The translations under genes were made by a program, and so were the position numbers. Shown here one piece after another: positions 63,341 to 64,000 of a stretch of DNA of 64,000 nt; the first letter of the stretch is position 1, and every line of letters starts with the position of its first letter. The notes under the pieces are model-generated. The model worked only from the letters and a program-made list of their open reading frames with translations. It did no database searches and was not told the DNA's origin. Where the stretch lies: assembly GCA_013239625.1 (NCBI GenBank), contig MU054187.1:1487964-1551963 (forward strand), read 5' to 3'. This stretch comes from Lama guanicoe (taxonomy: Eukaryota).

Positions 63341-63714
63341 CGGGTCAGAGCAGACGAATGGTGTTGTCAGATGAGTGTTTTTAAAAGCTCTCTCCAAACA
63401 CAACAGACACTGCAGAGGGGAGACACCGAAGCGGGGACAGCAGATAGGACACAACGTAGTCCAGGCAAAACTGGGCGGGCGCCAGCAAGACGCCTGCGGT
63501 GAAGACGGAAGGACCCACGAGTCTGACACATGCTCGCCGACAGAGGCCAGCAGGGCATTCTTCTCAGCCTGGATGGGACTGAACTACTTTAACACAAGCT
63601 TTCAAACTACCTGCTTAGAGGAATTCTACACCTGGTTCTTCAATGAGCTGGAGCATTAGAAAGCAAAGCCCTGTCACAGCTGTGATCTGAGGAACTCTCC
63701 GAGGACCCCAAACG

Positions 63715-63775
63715 TCACTCACACATACACACACACAGACATAAACACACATAGACACACACACATATGTGTGTA
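63715..63775. repeat. Imperfect (CA)n microsatellite
   Basis: cacacatacacacacacagacataaacacacatagacacacacaca. Confidence 0.85.
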
Positions 63776-64000
63776 TTTATATTCACCGATTCATATTGAA
63801 AGCCACATTTAGGAATAGATAAACAGATAGGTATTATTTAACTTATATTAAGACCTGGAAGTGAGAATCCAGCATTATCTGAAGAAGCCACACTCAGCTC
63901 TGAAAGAAGAGCCTGATAGCTTTAGTGAAGCTGTCAGAACGCAGGCATATGCTTATTGAATCCAAAGTTTGCATTTTCTAAAATATACAAAGAGAGGTTG

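Overview
Mammalian genomic DNA, very probably from a camelid (alpaca/llama/camel), because it carries three tRNA-Ala-derived vic-1-type SINEs. Much of the window is old interspersed repeat: L1, L2, MIR, MaLR/ERVL/ERV1 LTRs and hAT/Tigger DNA transposons. It also contains a young betaretrovirus-like solo LTR with a perfect 6-bp TSD (41790-42485), a tailless 5S rRNA retropseudogene with a 15-bp TSD (39322-39405), a CpG-island promoter whose core lies in an assembly gap (~50850-51900), and a second, probably false, gap. I could not recognise any protein-coding gene. Several minus-strand exon candidates with good splice sites suggest one or two spliced transcripts, either lncRNA or a poorly conserved gene. 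The most notable features are a perfect 49-bp palindrome that creates a splice acceptor on both strands (57279-57327), a pervasive A/T-to-G/C shift in repeats consistent with GC-biased gene conversion, and a short (TTAGGG)n tract at a broken L1 end. I see no convincing novel biological system. Repeat family names come from remembered consensus sequences, not a database search.
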